In this document: positions 25,236 through 35,462 of the stretch, one piece after another | Numbering within the stretch: position 1 is the first letter of the stretch | Layout of the letters: every line of letters starts with the position of its first letter | Assembly (NCBI RefSeq): GCF_046119375.1 | Contig: NW_027362764.1 | Span: 415,896,001 to 415,960,000, forward strand | Length of the DNA: 64,000 nucleotides | Origin: Phyllobates terribilis | Taxonomy: Eukaryota | Direction: 5' to 3' | The notes under the pieces: generated by a model | What the model was told of the DNA's origin: nothing | What the model saw: only the letters and a program-made list of their open reading frames with translations | The model's database searches: none | Made by a program: the position numbers and the translations under genes

Positions 25236-28200
25236 TGTTAGAACCTTGCTGTTAGTTTTTTTTCCTTTGCTGGTCACATGACCTTGTTGGCCTATTTAAT
25301 CCTGCTCCGCCCTTCTGGCTTTGCTGGACTTCATTGTATATCTACTTTCTAGCTAGCCTGTGCTCTGTATCTAACTCTGTTAGTTTGCTTGGTCTACGGA
25401 CCTCTATGTTCTATCTATTTTGTTTGTTCGTCTGTCTGCTACTATTTCTGTTAGGAGGTGTCCCATATTCCTCCCAGTCCTTAGTACTTGTAGGGATTCC
25501 CTCCCCACATCTATAGGTCTCCGTACAGACTAGATTAGGACTTTAGCAGGTCTGATCGCAGGATCAGGTTCCCTGTTACATCGTAGGGATTCAGCTGAGT
25601 CCTATAGTAGGGACAGATCTCCTCTCTTTCCTTAGCTTTGGTAGCAGAACATAACAGTAAGTCCAGCCAGCAAATTCTCTAAGGAAAGATTTTTCTGTTC
25701 CATCATGGTGTCGGTTCAGGATTTGGCTCATCGCCTGCAGGGACTCTCTCTGGAGGTGGCCGAGCTCCGTCAGCACGTGAGTAACTGTCCTGGAGCACAT
25801 TTCTTGGAGCCTAAGGTATGTTTGCCGGATTTATTTTTTGGTGAACACCGAGAATTTTTTTCATTTAAAAATGCTTGCTTATTGTATTTTCGTTTGAGAC
25901 CTAAGTCCTCTGGGGATGAATCCCAGCGCGTAGGGTTCATAATGTCACTTTTGCGCAAAGAGCCTCAGGAGTGGGCCTTTTCTTTGCAACCTAGTGATTC
26001 ATGCTTCAGATCAGTGGATAGTTTTTTTTCTGCTTTGGGACTATTATATGATGATCCTGACCGTGTCGCATCAGCTGAGACTGAGTTGAGACGTTTAAAA
26101 CAAGGATCAGGTAATGTGGAAAAATATTGTACACATTTTCGTCGTTGGTCCACTCAAACAGGGTGGAACGATTCTGCTCTGAAAAGTCTATTTCTTGCTG
26201 GGCTCAGTGAAAGGGTTAAAGACCTGCAAATTGCTTATCCTACACCTGAGGATTTGCAACAGGCTATGCAATTAGCTATACGGGTGGATAGAAGACTGCG
26301 TGCTAGGGTTAATGAGAGCAAATCCTCTGCTATGTCAGTTTCTGGTTATGATAATGTGTGTACTAACAATGGTGAACCGATGGAGATTGGATCGGTGGCA
26401 CCTCGCTCTCAAGAAAAAGACCGTCGTTTTTCGGAAGGCTTGTGTTTCTATTGCGGAAAATCTGGTCATTTGATTAAAGGCTGTGAGCTTCGTATGAAGA
26501 AAGAAAAAAAAATGGTCAGTCACGCCCGTATTGCCTGTTTAAATTCCAAGGGTATATTTTTAGCTGCTTCCACGATTGCTCAGGAAAAATTAATGGAATT
26601 TCGGGTGTTTGTTGATTGCGGGTCTACACTGAATGTTATTGATGGGGGATTCGTGGAAAAACTCAATTTAAAACCTGAACCTTTATCATCCCCCATTGCT
26701 GTGGTTTCTGTGGATGGTTCCCCTTTGAAGAATATTACTCTCAAGGTCAGTGAATTTCCTCTCACTATTAATGGTGTTCACCATGAGAAATTGGATTTGG
26801 TAGTGTTGAATAACTTGCCTTCTCCAGTAATATTGGGTTTGCCCTGGTTAAAATTTCACAATCCTGTACTGGATTGGTCTACCAGTGAAATTAAATCCTG
26901 GAGCCATAAATGTTATGACAAGTGTTGTAACGGGCGTATTGCAGCTTTGGATAGGGGAGAATTGCCTGTTCCTATTCAGGATTTTTGGAGAGTTTTTTCT
27001 GAGAAAGAATCGCAGGTTTTGCCTCCCCATAGAGACTATGATTGTTCTATTGAATTTGTCCCTGGAGCGACTCTTCCTAAAAGTCGTTTATTTAACCTTA
27101 CTATTCCTGAGAGGAAGGCTTTGGAGGAATACATACAGACAAGCTTGGCCGCCGGTCACATTAGGCCCTCTAAGTCTCCTGTGGCGGTTGGATTTTTTTT
27201 TGTAAAAAAAAAGGACGGCGGTTTACGTCCTTGTCTGGATTTTCGTGAGATTAACAAAATTACGGTACGCAATCCTTACCCACTGCCATTGATTCCTGAT
27301 CTGTTTAACCAGTTATTGGGGGCCAAGTGGTTCTCTAAAATTGACCTTAAGGGGGCATACAATCTGTTGCGCATGAAGGAGGGTGATGAATGGAAGACTG
27401 CTTTTAACACTCCTGTGGGTCATTTTGAGAATCTGGTTATGCCTTTTGGTCTTACTAATGCTCCTGCATTTTTTCAGAATCTGATTAATGACATCCTTAG
27501 ACCTTTGATCGGTAAAAATGTGGTTGTGTATTTGGATGACATTTTGATTTATTCGCCAGATCTGGAGTCTCATTGGCGGAGCGTGCGTGAGGTATTACAG
27601 TTATTAATGGACAATTCGCTTTTTGCTAAGCTGGAGAAATGTGAGTTCGCTGTACAGAGAATTAGTTTTTTGGGCTACATTATCTCCAGCAAAGGTTTTG
27701 AGATGGATCCGGTTAAGGTTCAGGCTGTGCAGGAATGGCCTAGGCCTATTGGTTTGAAATCGATACAGAGGTTTTTGGGTTTCGCCAATTACTATAGAAA
27801 ATTCATAAAAAATTTTTCTAGTATTGTCAAACCTCTGACTGATCTCACCAGGAAAGGTGCTGATGCGGTTCAGTGGTCTTCTGAGGCCATTGAAGCTTTT
27901 GTGTATCTCAAAGAGAGGTTCACCTCTGCTCCCATCCTTATGCAGCCTGATGTTACTAGGCCGTTTTTGGTTGAGGTTGATGCTTCCTCTGTGGGGGTTG
28001 GCGCAGTATTGTCTCAGGATAACGGGGATGGATTACATCCCTGTGCCTTTTTTTCAAAAAAATTTTCGGAGACTGAATTGAATTACGATATTGGTAATCG
28101 GGAATTATTGGCTATTAAACTCGCATTTGAACACTGGCGCCACTTCTTGGAAGGTGCGGAATTTCCCGTTCAGGTTCTTACGGATCATAAAAATCTGATA

Positions 28201-30205
28201 TATCTTGATGCTGCCAAGCGCCTGAATGCCCGTCAGGCTAGGTGGGCACTGTTTTTCTCGCGGTTTAATTTCTCCGTTACTTACATCCCTGGTACTAAGA
28301 ATGTTAAGGCGGATGCCTTGTCTCGCAGTTTTTCTCCCATAGTCGGTGCTGAGAAAGAGGAAAACATTTTACAAGAAGGTGTTGTGATAGCTGCTTTAGA
28401 CTCCGTTTTGGAAGATGAGATTCTTAAAGCTCAGGAGAATGCCCCATCTAACACTCCTCATGGGAGGTTGTTTGTGCCTGGGACCTTTAGGAGAGATTTG
28501 TTTGTTGAGTGTCACGAATCTCGGTTGGCAGGTCATCCCGGAATCTCTGAGACCAAGAGACTGGTGGGTCGCAGTTTTTGGTGGCCTGGATGGCAGAAGG
28601 AAGTCATTAAGTGGGTGCGCCAATGTACTATATGTGCTAGATCTAAGTCCTCACATACTCCTGCTGCGGGGTTGCTTTGTCCTTTGGAGGTCCCCAGTGC
28701 TCCTTGGACACATTTGGCTATGGACTTTATAACTGACCTTCCCCCCTCTGAGGGTTTTACTGTCATCTGGGTGGTCGTGGACCGTTTTAGCAAGATGTGT
28801 CACTTGGTTCCCTTCGTCAAACTGCCCTGCGCTAAAACTCTCGCTAAGGCCTTTGTCAAGGAAATTGTCAGACTTCATGGCGTTCCTACTGACATTGTTT
28901 CTGATAGGGGTCCTCAGTTCGTGGCTCGTTTTTGGCGTGCCTTTTGTGACAGGTTGGGAATTCATTTGTCGTTTTCGTCCGGATATCATCCTGAATCTAA
29001 TGGCCAGACAGAAAGGAAAAACCAGGATGTTGAGCAGTTCTTGCGTTGTTTTGTGGCAGACAATCAAGAGGGGTGGTCTGAGTTTCTGCCACTTGCCGAA
29101 TTTGCTCTGAACAATCATACATCTTCTTCTGCTGGTTGTTCGCCTTTTTTTTGTTGTTCTGGGAGACATCCGTCGTTTGGGTCGTTCTCCAAGTTGGGAT
29201 CTGCCGTGCCTGAGGAGGAGAATTTTTCCGGTGATTTGGAAAGAGTTTGGACGGATGTGCGTGGTAATCTTCAGGAGGCCAACAGAAAATCTAAAGACTA
29301 CTTTGATAGGAAACGACAGGAGGTTTTGTTCGCTGTTGGTGACATGGTTTGGTTGTCCTCTAGGAATCTGCGGTTGAGGATTCCTTCTAAGAAATTGGGT
29401 CCCAAGTTTGTAGGGCCCTTTAAGGTGCTTCAGGTTGTCAACCAATCTGCTGTTAGGTTGGAGGTTCCTACCTCCTGGAGAATTAATCCGGTCTTTCATG
29501 TCTCTCTGTTAAAAAAAGCTGTTGTGTCGGATGGTGACGCCTCTGCCTCTGTTCCTCCGGTGGTGGAGGACGGGGAATATGAAATTTCTCGCATCCTTGA
29601 CTCTAGACGGTATAGAGGTAGTTTGCAGTATCTTGTGGCCTGGAAAGGTTTCGGACCCGAGGATAACTCTTGGGTGAGGTCAGATGATGTTTCCGCGTCC
29701 AGACTTATCAGAGCGTTTCACAGGAGATTTCCTGATAAGCCTGGTCCTAGGGGATCCGGAGGATCCTCTTAGAAGGGGGGGTACTGTTAGAACCTTGCTG
29801 TTAGTTTTTTTTCCTTTGCTGGTCACATGACCTTGTTGGCCTATTTAATCCTGCTCCGCCCTTCTGGCTTTGCTGGACTTCATTGTATATCTACTTTCTA
29901 GCTAGCCTGTGCTCTGTATCTAACTCTGTTAGTTTGCTTGGTCTACGGACCTCTATGTTCTATCTATTTTGTTTGTTCGTCTGTCTGCTACTATTTCTGT
30001 TAGGAGGTGTCCCATATTCCTCCCAGTCCTTAGTACTTGTAGGGATTCCCTCCCCACATCTATAGGTCTCCGTACAGACTAGATTAGGACTTTAGCAGGT
30101 CTGATCGCAGGATCAGGTTCCCTGTTACATCGTAGGGATTCAGCTGAGTCCGATAGTAGGGACAGATCTCCTCTCTTTCCTTAGCTTTGGTAGCAGAACA
30201 TAACA
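25236..30205 (+). mobile_element. Apparently intact Ty3/Gypsy chromovirus (Tf1/sushi group)
   Basis: 421-bp LTRs (25236-25656, 29785-30205) with one visible mismatch; TSD GCTGG; PPT AGAAGGGGGGGTAC; single uninterrupted ORF. Confidence 0.97.
25705..29772 (+). CDS. Gag-Pol polyprotein: CA, CCHC knuckle, protease, RT, RNase H, integrase, chromodomain
   Basis: CFYCGKSGHLIKGC; VDCGS; YLDDILIYS; EVDAS..TDHKNL; H..GHPG..C..C; DRGPQF..E; YLVAWKGFGPEDNSW. Confidence 0.97.
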   Translation: MVSVQDLAHRLQGLSLEVAELRQHVSNCPGAHFLEPKVCLPDLFFGEHREFFSFKNACLLYFRLRPKSSGDESQRVGFIMSLLRKEPQEWAFSLQPSDSCFRSVDSFFSALGLLYDDPDRVASAETELRRLKQGSGNVEKYCTHFRRWSTQTGWNDSALKSLFLAGLSERVKDLQIAYPTPEDLQQAMQLAIRVDRRLRARVNESKSSAMSVSGYDNVCTNNGEPMEIGSVAPRSQEKDRRFSEGLCFYCGKSGHLIKGCELRMKKEKKMVSHARIACLNSKGIFLAASTIAQEKLMEFRVFVDCGSTLNVIDGGFVEKLNLKPEPLSSPIAVVSVDGSPLKNITLKVSEFPLTINGVHHEKLDLVVLNNLPSPVILGLPWLKFHNPVLDWSTSEIKSWSHKCYDKCCNGRIAALDRGELPVPIQDFWRVFSEKESQVLPPHRDYDCSIEFVPGATLPKSRLFNLTIPERKALEEYIQTSLAAGHIRPSKSPVAVGFFFVKKKDGGLRPCLDFREINKITVRNPYPLPLIPDLFNQLLGAKWFSKIDLKGAYNLLRMKEGDEWKTAFNTPVGHFENLVMPFGLTNAPAFFQNLINDILRPLIGKNVVVYLDDILIYSPDLESHWRSVREVLQLLMDNSLFAKLEKCEFAVQRISFLGYIISSKGFEMDPVKVQAVQEWPRPIGLKSIQRFLGFANYYRKFIKNFSSIVKPLTDLTRKGADAVQWSSEAIEAFVYLKERFTSAPILMQPDVTRPFLVEVDASSVGVGAVLSQDNGDGLHPCAFFSKKFSETELNYDIGNRELLAIKLAFEHWRHFLEGAEFPVQVLTDHKNLIYLDAAKRLNARQARWALFFSRFNFSVTYIPGTKNVKADALSRSFSPIVGAEKEENILQEGVVIAALDSVLEDEILKAQENAPSNTPHGRLFVPGTFRRDLFVECHESRLAGHPGISETKRLVGRSFWWPGWQKEVIKWVRQCTICARSKSSHTPAAGLLCPLEVPSAPWTHLAMDFITDLPPSEGFTVIWVVVDRFSKMCHLVPFVKLPCAKTLAKAFVKEIVRLHGVPTDIVSDRGPQFVARFWRAFCDRLGIHLSFSSGYHPESNGQTERKNQDVEQFLRCFVADNQEGWSEFLPLAEFALNNHTSSSAGCSPFFCCSGRHPSFGSFSKLGSAVPEEENFSGDLERVWTDVRGNLQEANRKSKDYFDRKRQEVLFAVGDMVWLSSRNLRLRIPSKKLGPKFVGPFKVLQVVNQSAVRLEVPTSWRINPVFHVSLLKKAVVSDGDASASVPPVVEDGEYEISRILDSRRYRGSLQYLVAWKGFGPEDNSWVRSDDVSASRLIRAFHRRFPDKPGPRGSGGSS

Positions 30206-31087
30206 GCTGGAGTGTGTCAGCAGTTCCTGCAAGATGAAGGCATTGAAACTATGGACTGGCCCGCCCGTTCCCCAGACCTGAATCCGATTGAGCACATCTG
30301 GGACATCATGTCTCGCTCCATCCACCAACGTCACGTTGCACCACAGACTGTCCAGGAGTTGGCGGATGCTTTAGTCCATGTCTGGGAGGAGATTCCACAG
30401 GAGACCATCCGCAACCTCATCAGGAGCATGCCCAGGCATTGTAGGGAGGTCATACAGGCACGTGGAGTCCACACACAATACTGAGCCTCATTTTGACTTG
30501 TTTTAAGGACATTACATCAAAGTTGGATCAGCCTGTAGTGTGTTTTTCCACTTTAATTTTGGGGGTGACTCCAAATCCAGGCCTCCATTGGTTAATAAAT
30601 TTGATTTCCATTGATGATTTTTGTGTGATTTTGTTATCAGCACATTCAGCTTTGTACAGAACAAAGTATTCAATGAGAATATTTCATTCATTCAGATCTA
30701 GGATGTGTTATTTGAGTGTTCCCTTTATTTTTTTGAGCAGTGTATTTTCACACTCCTCAACATTGAAATTGCAATACCAAGAAGGAATAGTCGCAGAGTT
30801 TTGAAAATCACAGGATCAATAGATATGTTAATGATATGTAAATGATGAAAAATGGAAACAAAATTTTCCAAACATCTCAATTTATTCAGTATTGAATATG
30901 AGCACGAAGCACAGAAATTTACACACTTTGGTATGTTATCAATGAGGTTATTGCAATTTCAAGTGCAATGAAATAACGAAACAATCACAATTCCGCAATT
31001 GTTGTTATAATATATATATATATATATATTTATTTTTTTTTACAAAATTGATTATCGATTACTTTTAACGTATTTTTCGGACTTTAA

Positions 31088-32987
31088 CCCCTTAGTGACC
31101 ACCAATACGACTTAAAACTGACAAGAGATATAAGTGAATAGCATCCCCCGACAGGTAAAAATGCAGCAGCTGTTGGTTGTACACTATAGCTGACACACTG
31201 CTGCATCAGCCATGTTCAGTTTTGGCACCCACCATGACCGTTTAACCCCTTACATGCTGCTGTAAGAATTGACTACTGTATCTAGATGGTCAACAAAGTG
31301 TGGGGGCTCCCTCCTTTAACTCCATTGGCACCCTGAGATCATGATTGTGTGGTCCTGCTGCTTGCCATGGCAATTCACGGCCGAGTAATGGCCTTAGAGT
31401 CTGCTGGCTGTAGAGATCTGTTCAGAAGTTAGCAACATTTAGGTGGTATAAATAATATTTTTCATTCCTGTCATGACACTTTGCATTAATTCCTGAAAAA
31501 CACATGAGGGGTTAATAAACTACCTAAAACCAGTTTTGAATATGTTGAGGGGTGCTGATTTTAAAATGGTATCACTTTGGGTGGTTTTCCAATATATAAG
31601 TCCCCCAAAGTCACTTCAAAACTGAATAGGTCTGTGAAGATCTGAGATTGTGGGTCGTAATAATTACCCAGGCAGGTTAACGATGCAACAATATTTTATT
31701 ACTTACATCAAGGTTTTACAACGCTAGGTAAATGGCCAAAATAGAATTGCCTCAGTCCACAAGATCCCCTCCCCGGGACGGTAGTTCCGCTGCCTTTGTA
31801 CCAGGCGTTACTCACTGTCTCCCAACTTTTGGTTGACCCACAGATTTCATATCTCCCGCCAGTATAGTCTGTGTTCACATTCCACGATCCTCCAGATGAC
31901 AGATAAAACGATAGAAGCACATGTATCCAGTAGCAACAGTCCTTTTAAGTACATTTAAATCCAGACGACAGATCCCACAACAGTAGCATGTATATCCAGC
32001 CCAGTCAGCAAATGTTCTCCAAAACTCCATCAGCCATCCATTCATGGGCTCCAGGACTTCAGCCTAGATCCTATCCCTCCGACAACATTCCACCAACTCC
32101 CTGACTAAATATGTGGCTTATTGTCCTCCCTCTCTGGGATCAGCCCCCTTGATGGGCAGAAGTGTTCACACCCTCCCCCTTAAACATTTTCTTTTAGCTG
32201 CAAGAATGAAAAATCTTTCAGAAGCCCATCACTGGTGACTCCATGTGAGACGGTCCTGTGGTGATGGCTCCACTGTGTCTACTTTCCCCATCCACAGAAT
32301 GTGACTAGTGGCTGTTAGAACAATGGCTTGAGGCTCCTGAAATACTAATGAGATTACTGGAATGTTGGACACTTTATAAGTGAAATTAGTTCACATAAGC
32401 TGACAAGCAATCAGAACATTAATAAAACACAGCAAGGAAATCTCCAATAAAACACAATAATAAGATCGACGGAACCAATGCGCCGTGCTGGAAAAAGTCT
32501 GCATCCCTTAGAGCAGTTGACTCCGCTCCATGTGCATTAGTTTAATAGTCTTAGAACAAGGCCAGCTCCTCACAAGGTTCTTTTAAAAAAATACTTTTGT
32601 AAATTTACCTGAAAAAATGAAAAATTACTGCTACAAGCTACAATTTTAAAGCTTCTAACATCCTAACAAAATAGAAAAAACATTTTACAAATGGAGCTGA
32701 TGTAAAGCAGACATAAGGTAAATGTTCTATATATGAACTTTTTTGTGTGGTATGACTATTTGGATTAAAGGGATAATTATTAAAATTTTCAAAATAGCTA
32801 ATTTTTAGCCATTTTTGACAAATTTCTGATATTTATATAAATAAACGCAAAACATAACGGCCTACAATTACCATTATCATAAAATATAATGTGTCACGAA
32901 AAAACAATCTCGGAAAACATTCCAAAGTTATTGCCAGATAAAGTGACACATGTCAAATTTGAAAAATTTGGCCTGGTCACTAAGGGG
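31088..32987. mobile_element. Non-autonomous piggyBac-like element
   Basis: TIR CCCCTTAGTGACC / GGTCACTAAGGGG; flanks TTAA (left) and ATAA (right). Confidence 0.75.
31633..32574. mobile_element. Probable solo LTR (942 bp)
   Basis: TGTGA..TCACA termini; flanks AGGTC/AGGTT (4/5 match); the host element resumes afterwards. Confidence 0.55.
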
Positions 32988-34503
32988 ATAAGACACACCA
33001 GACCATAAGACGCACCTAGGTTTTAGAGGTGGAAAATAGAAAAAAAAATGTGGTCATGACACACTGTTATGGGAAGGGTGGGGAGATCTACTGTCGACAC
33101 TGTTATAGAGGTAATGTCCCCCAATTCTGAAGTAATATCCCCATCCTTGTATATATATGTCCCCATTCAGGTATATAGTGGGTACGGAGAGTATTCAGAC
33201 CCCTTTAAATTGTTCACTCTTTGTTTCATTGCAGCCATTTGGTAAATTCTAAAATGTTCATTTTTTTTCTCATTAAAGTACACTCTGCACCCCATCTTGA
33301 CTGAAAAAAAAACCAGAAATTTTGAAAGTTTTGCAAATTCATTAAAAAAGAAAAACTGAAATATCACATGGTCATAAGTATTCAGACCCTTTGCTCAGAC
33401 ACTCATATTTAATTCACATGCTGTCCATTTCCTTGTGATCCTCCTTGAGATGGTTCTACTTCTTCATTGGAGTCCAGCTGTGTTTAATTAAACTGATAGG
33501 ACTTGACTGAAAAAAAACAGAAATGTAGAAATTTTGGTAGGTTTATTAAAAAAGACCCTTTGCTCAGACACTCATATTTAAGTCACATGCTGTCCATTTC
33601 CTTGTGATTCTCCTCCACGCCCCAGATGGAAAAGAGGGGGTGGAAAACCCAAACAAAAAAGGGAGGCCATCCCTGATGTAAAAGAAGTACCGACAAATGG
33701 AAGTGACATGGATACAGCTACCAATGGTTCTGTCACTAAAAGTAACAATATTTTCAACTTATCCAGTTATAACCTTTCGTTTACAGAAATCTCTCTCCTA
33801 CAGAAAGGTCTTTCTTTTTGCCCCACCCATAACACTAGGGATATAGATCTACTTATGGATTTCCAGTCTTTCGTAAGAAAACTAACACTTAACCGACATT
33901 TCTCCCAGGAAAACCCCCTCCAGAGTACTAAAAGAACAGAAGATCCCATTTATCATACAGGATTAAAAGGAACATCTAATTTTTACCCCATCCAAAGTCA
34001 AGGCCATTATCTGTAAACTTTCTCTGATCTTGCTTCAGATGACCTGGACAATATGAATTTGACACACAGCAAGGGGGAATCCAACCTTACCCCAAAAGAA
34101 AAAGAGGCATTAAAATCCCTAAAGAACAATCCAGACCTTGTCATCCGCATGGCAGACAAATGGGGGAGGGATAGTGATACAGGACTGGGGGGATTACTTG
34201 GCAGAAGCATTGAGACTATTATCTGACCCCCAAACTTACAATAAGGTTGATAACACTCAATATAATAATGCAGTGATTACTTTTAACTAGTGATGAGCGA
34301 GCATACTCCCAAGTACTCGGTACTCGCCCGAGCATCTCAGTACTCGAGATGCTCGGAGCTCGCCGAGTACTCGCGAGATGCTCGGGTCCCCTCCCTGCAT
34401 GTTTGGTGCTCTTTAGAGCGCCAATCAACATGCAAGGATTGCCTGCCACTCAATGTAATGCCGCAGCCATGGTGGTTGTGGCATTACAGTGATTGGCTGG
34501 CCG

Positions 34504-35249
34504 CAGAGTCCAAATTTGAGATCTTTGGTTCCAACCACCACGTCTTTGTGCAACGCAGAAAAGGTGAACGGATGGACTCTACATGCCTGGTTCCCACCGT
34601 GAAGCATGGAGGAGGAGGTGTGATGTTGTGGGGGTGCTTTGCTGGTGACACTGTTGGGGATTTATTCAAAATTGAAGGCATACTGAACCAGCATGGCTAC
34701 CACAGCATCTTGCAACGGCATGCTATTCCATCCGGTTTGCATTTAGTTGGACCATCATTTATTTTTCAACAGGACAATGACCCCAAACACACCTCCAGGC
34801 TGTGTAAGGGCTATTTGACCAAGAAGGAGAGTGATGGGGTGCTACGCCAGATGACCTGGCCTCCACAGTCACCAGACCTGAACCCAATCGAGATGGTTTG
34901 GGGTGAGCTGGACCGCAGAGTGAAGGCAAAAGGGCCAACAAGTGCTAAGCATCTCTGGGAGCTCCTTCAAGATTGTTGGAAGACCATTTCCAGTGACTAC
35001 CTCTTGAAGCTCATCAAGAGAATGCAAGGGTGTGCAAAGCAGTCAACAAAGCAAAAAGTGGCTACTTTGAAGAACCTAGAATATAAGACATATTTTCAGT
35101 TGTTTCACAGTTTTTTGTTAAGTATATAATTCCACATGTGTTAATTCATAGTTTTGATGCCTTGAGTGTGAATGTACAATTTTCATAGTCATGAAAATAC
35201 AGAAAAATCTTTAAATGAGAAGGTGTGTCCAAACTTTTGGTCTGTACTG
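34504..35249 (+). mobile_element. 3' half of Tc1 family A inside the hAT
   Basis: Begins abruptly at ESKFEIFG, ends with the full TIR plus TA; left half deleted. Confidence 0.9.
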
Positions 35250-35462
35250 TACGTTGTCAGAAAATACTGCCATTTTTGGCGTCCATTCCAATTTTTTTTT
35301 CACTGTGTCAGCGAAGTTTTTGACACCGGTTTGCTGTTCAAACTAGTTACCTACAGGCCAGGTATTTAAAAATGTGTTTTCTCCGTCACACAGATCTCAT
35401 ATAAGTTCTATCCAAACTCAGTCATTTGTAGTGAGCATTGAAGATACTGTTCTCCATTTAAA

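Larger units (their letters stand above)
24201..30742 (+). mobile_element. Tc1 family C, split by the chromovirus
   Basis: TA flanks; TIR CACTGCTCAAAAAAATAAAGGG; removing 25236-30210 rejoins [26 protein letters not shown]; several frameshifts. Confidence 0.92.

Noticed and set aside
32341-32395. Alternative end (TTCACA) for the solo LTR starting at 31633
   Set aside because: No matching TSD; the end at 32574 gives a 4/5 TSD and the host sequence resumes there.
34290-35129. 279-aa chimeric ORF joining the hAT terminus to a Tc1 catalytic domain
   Set aside because: Deletion junction; the first catalytic Asp (WSDE) and the DNA-binding domain are lost and the C-terminus is frameshifted.
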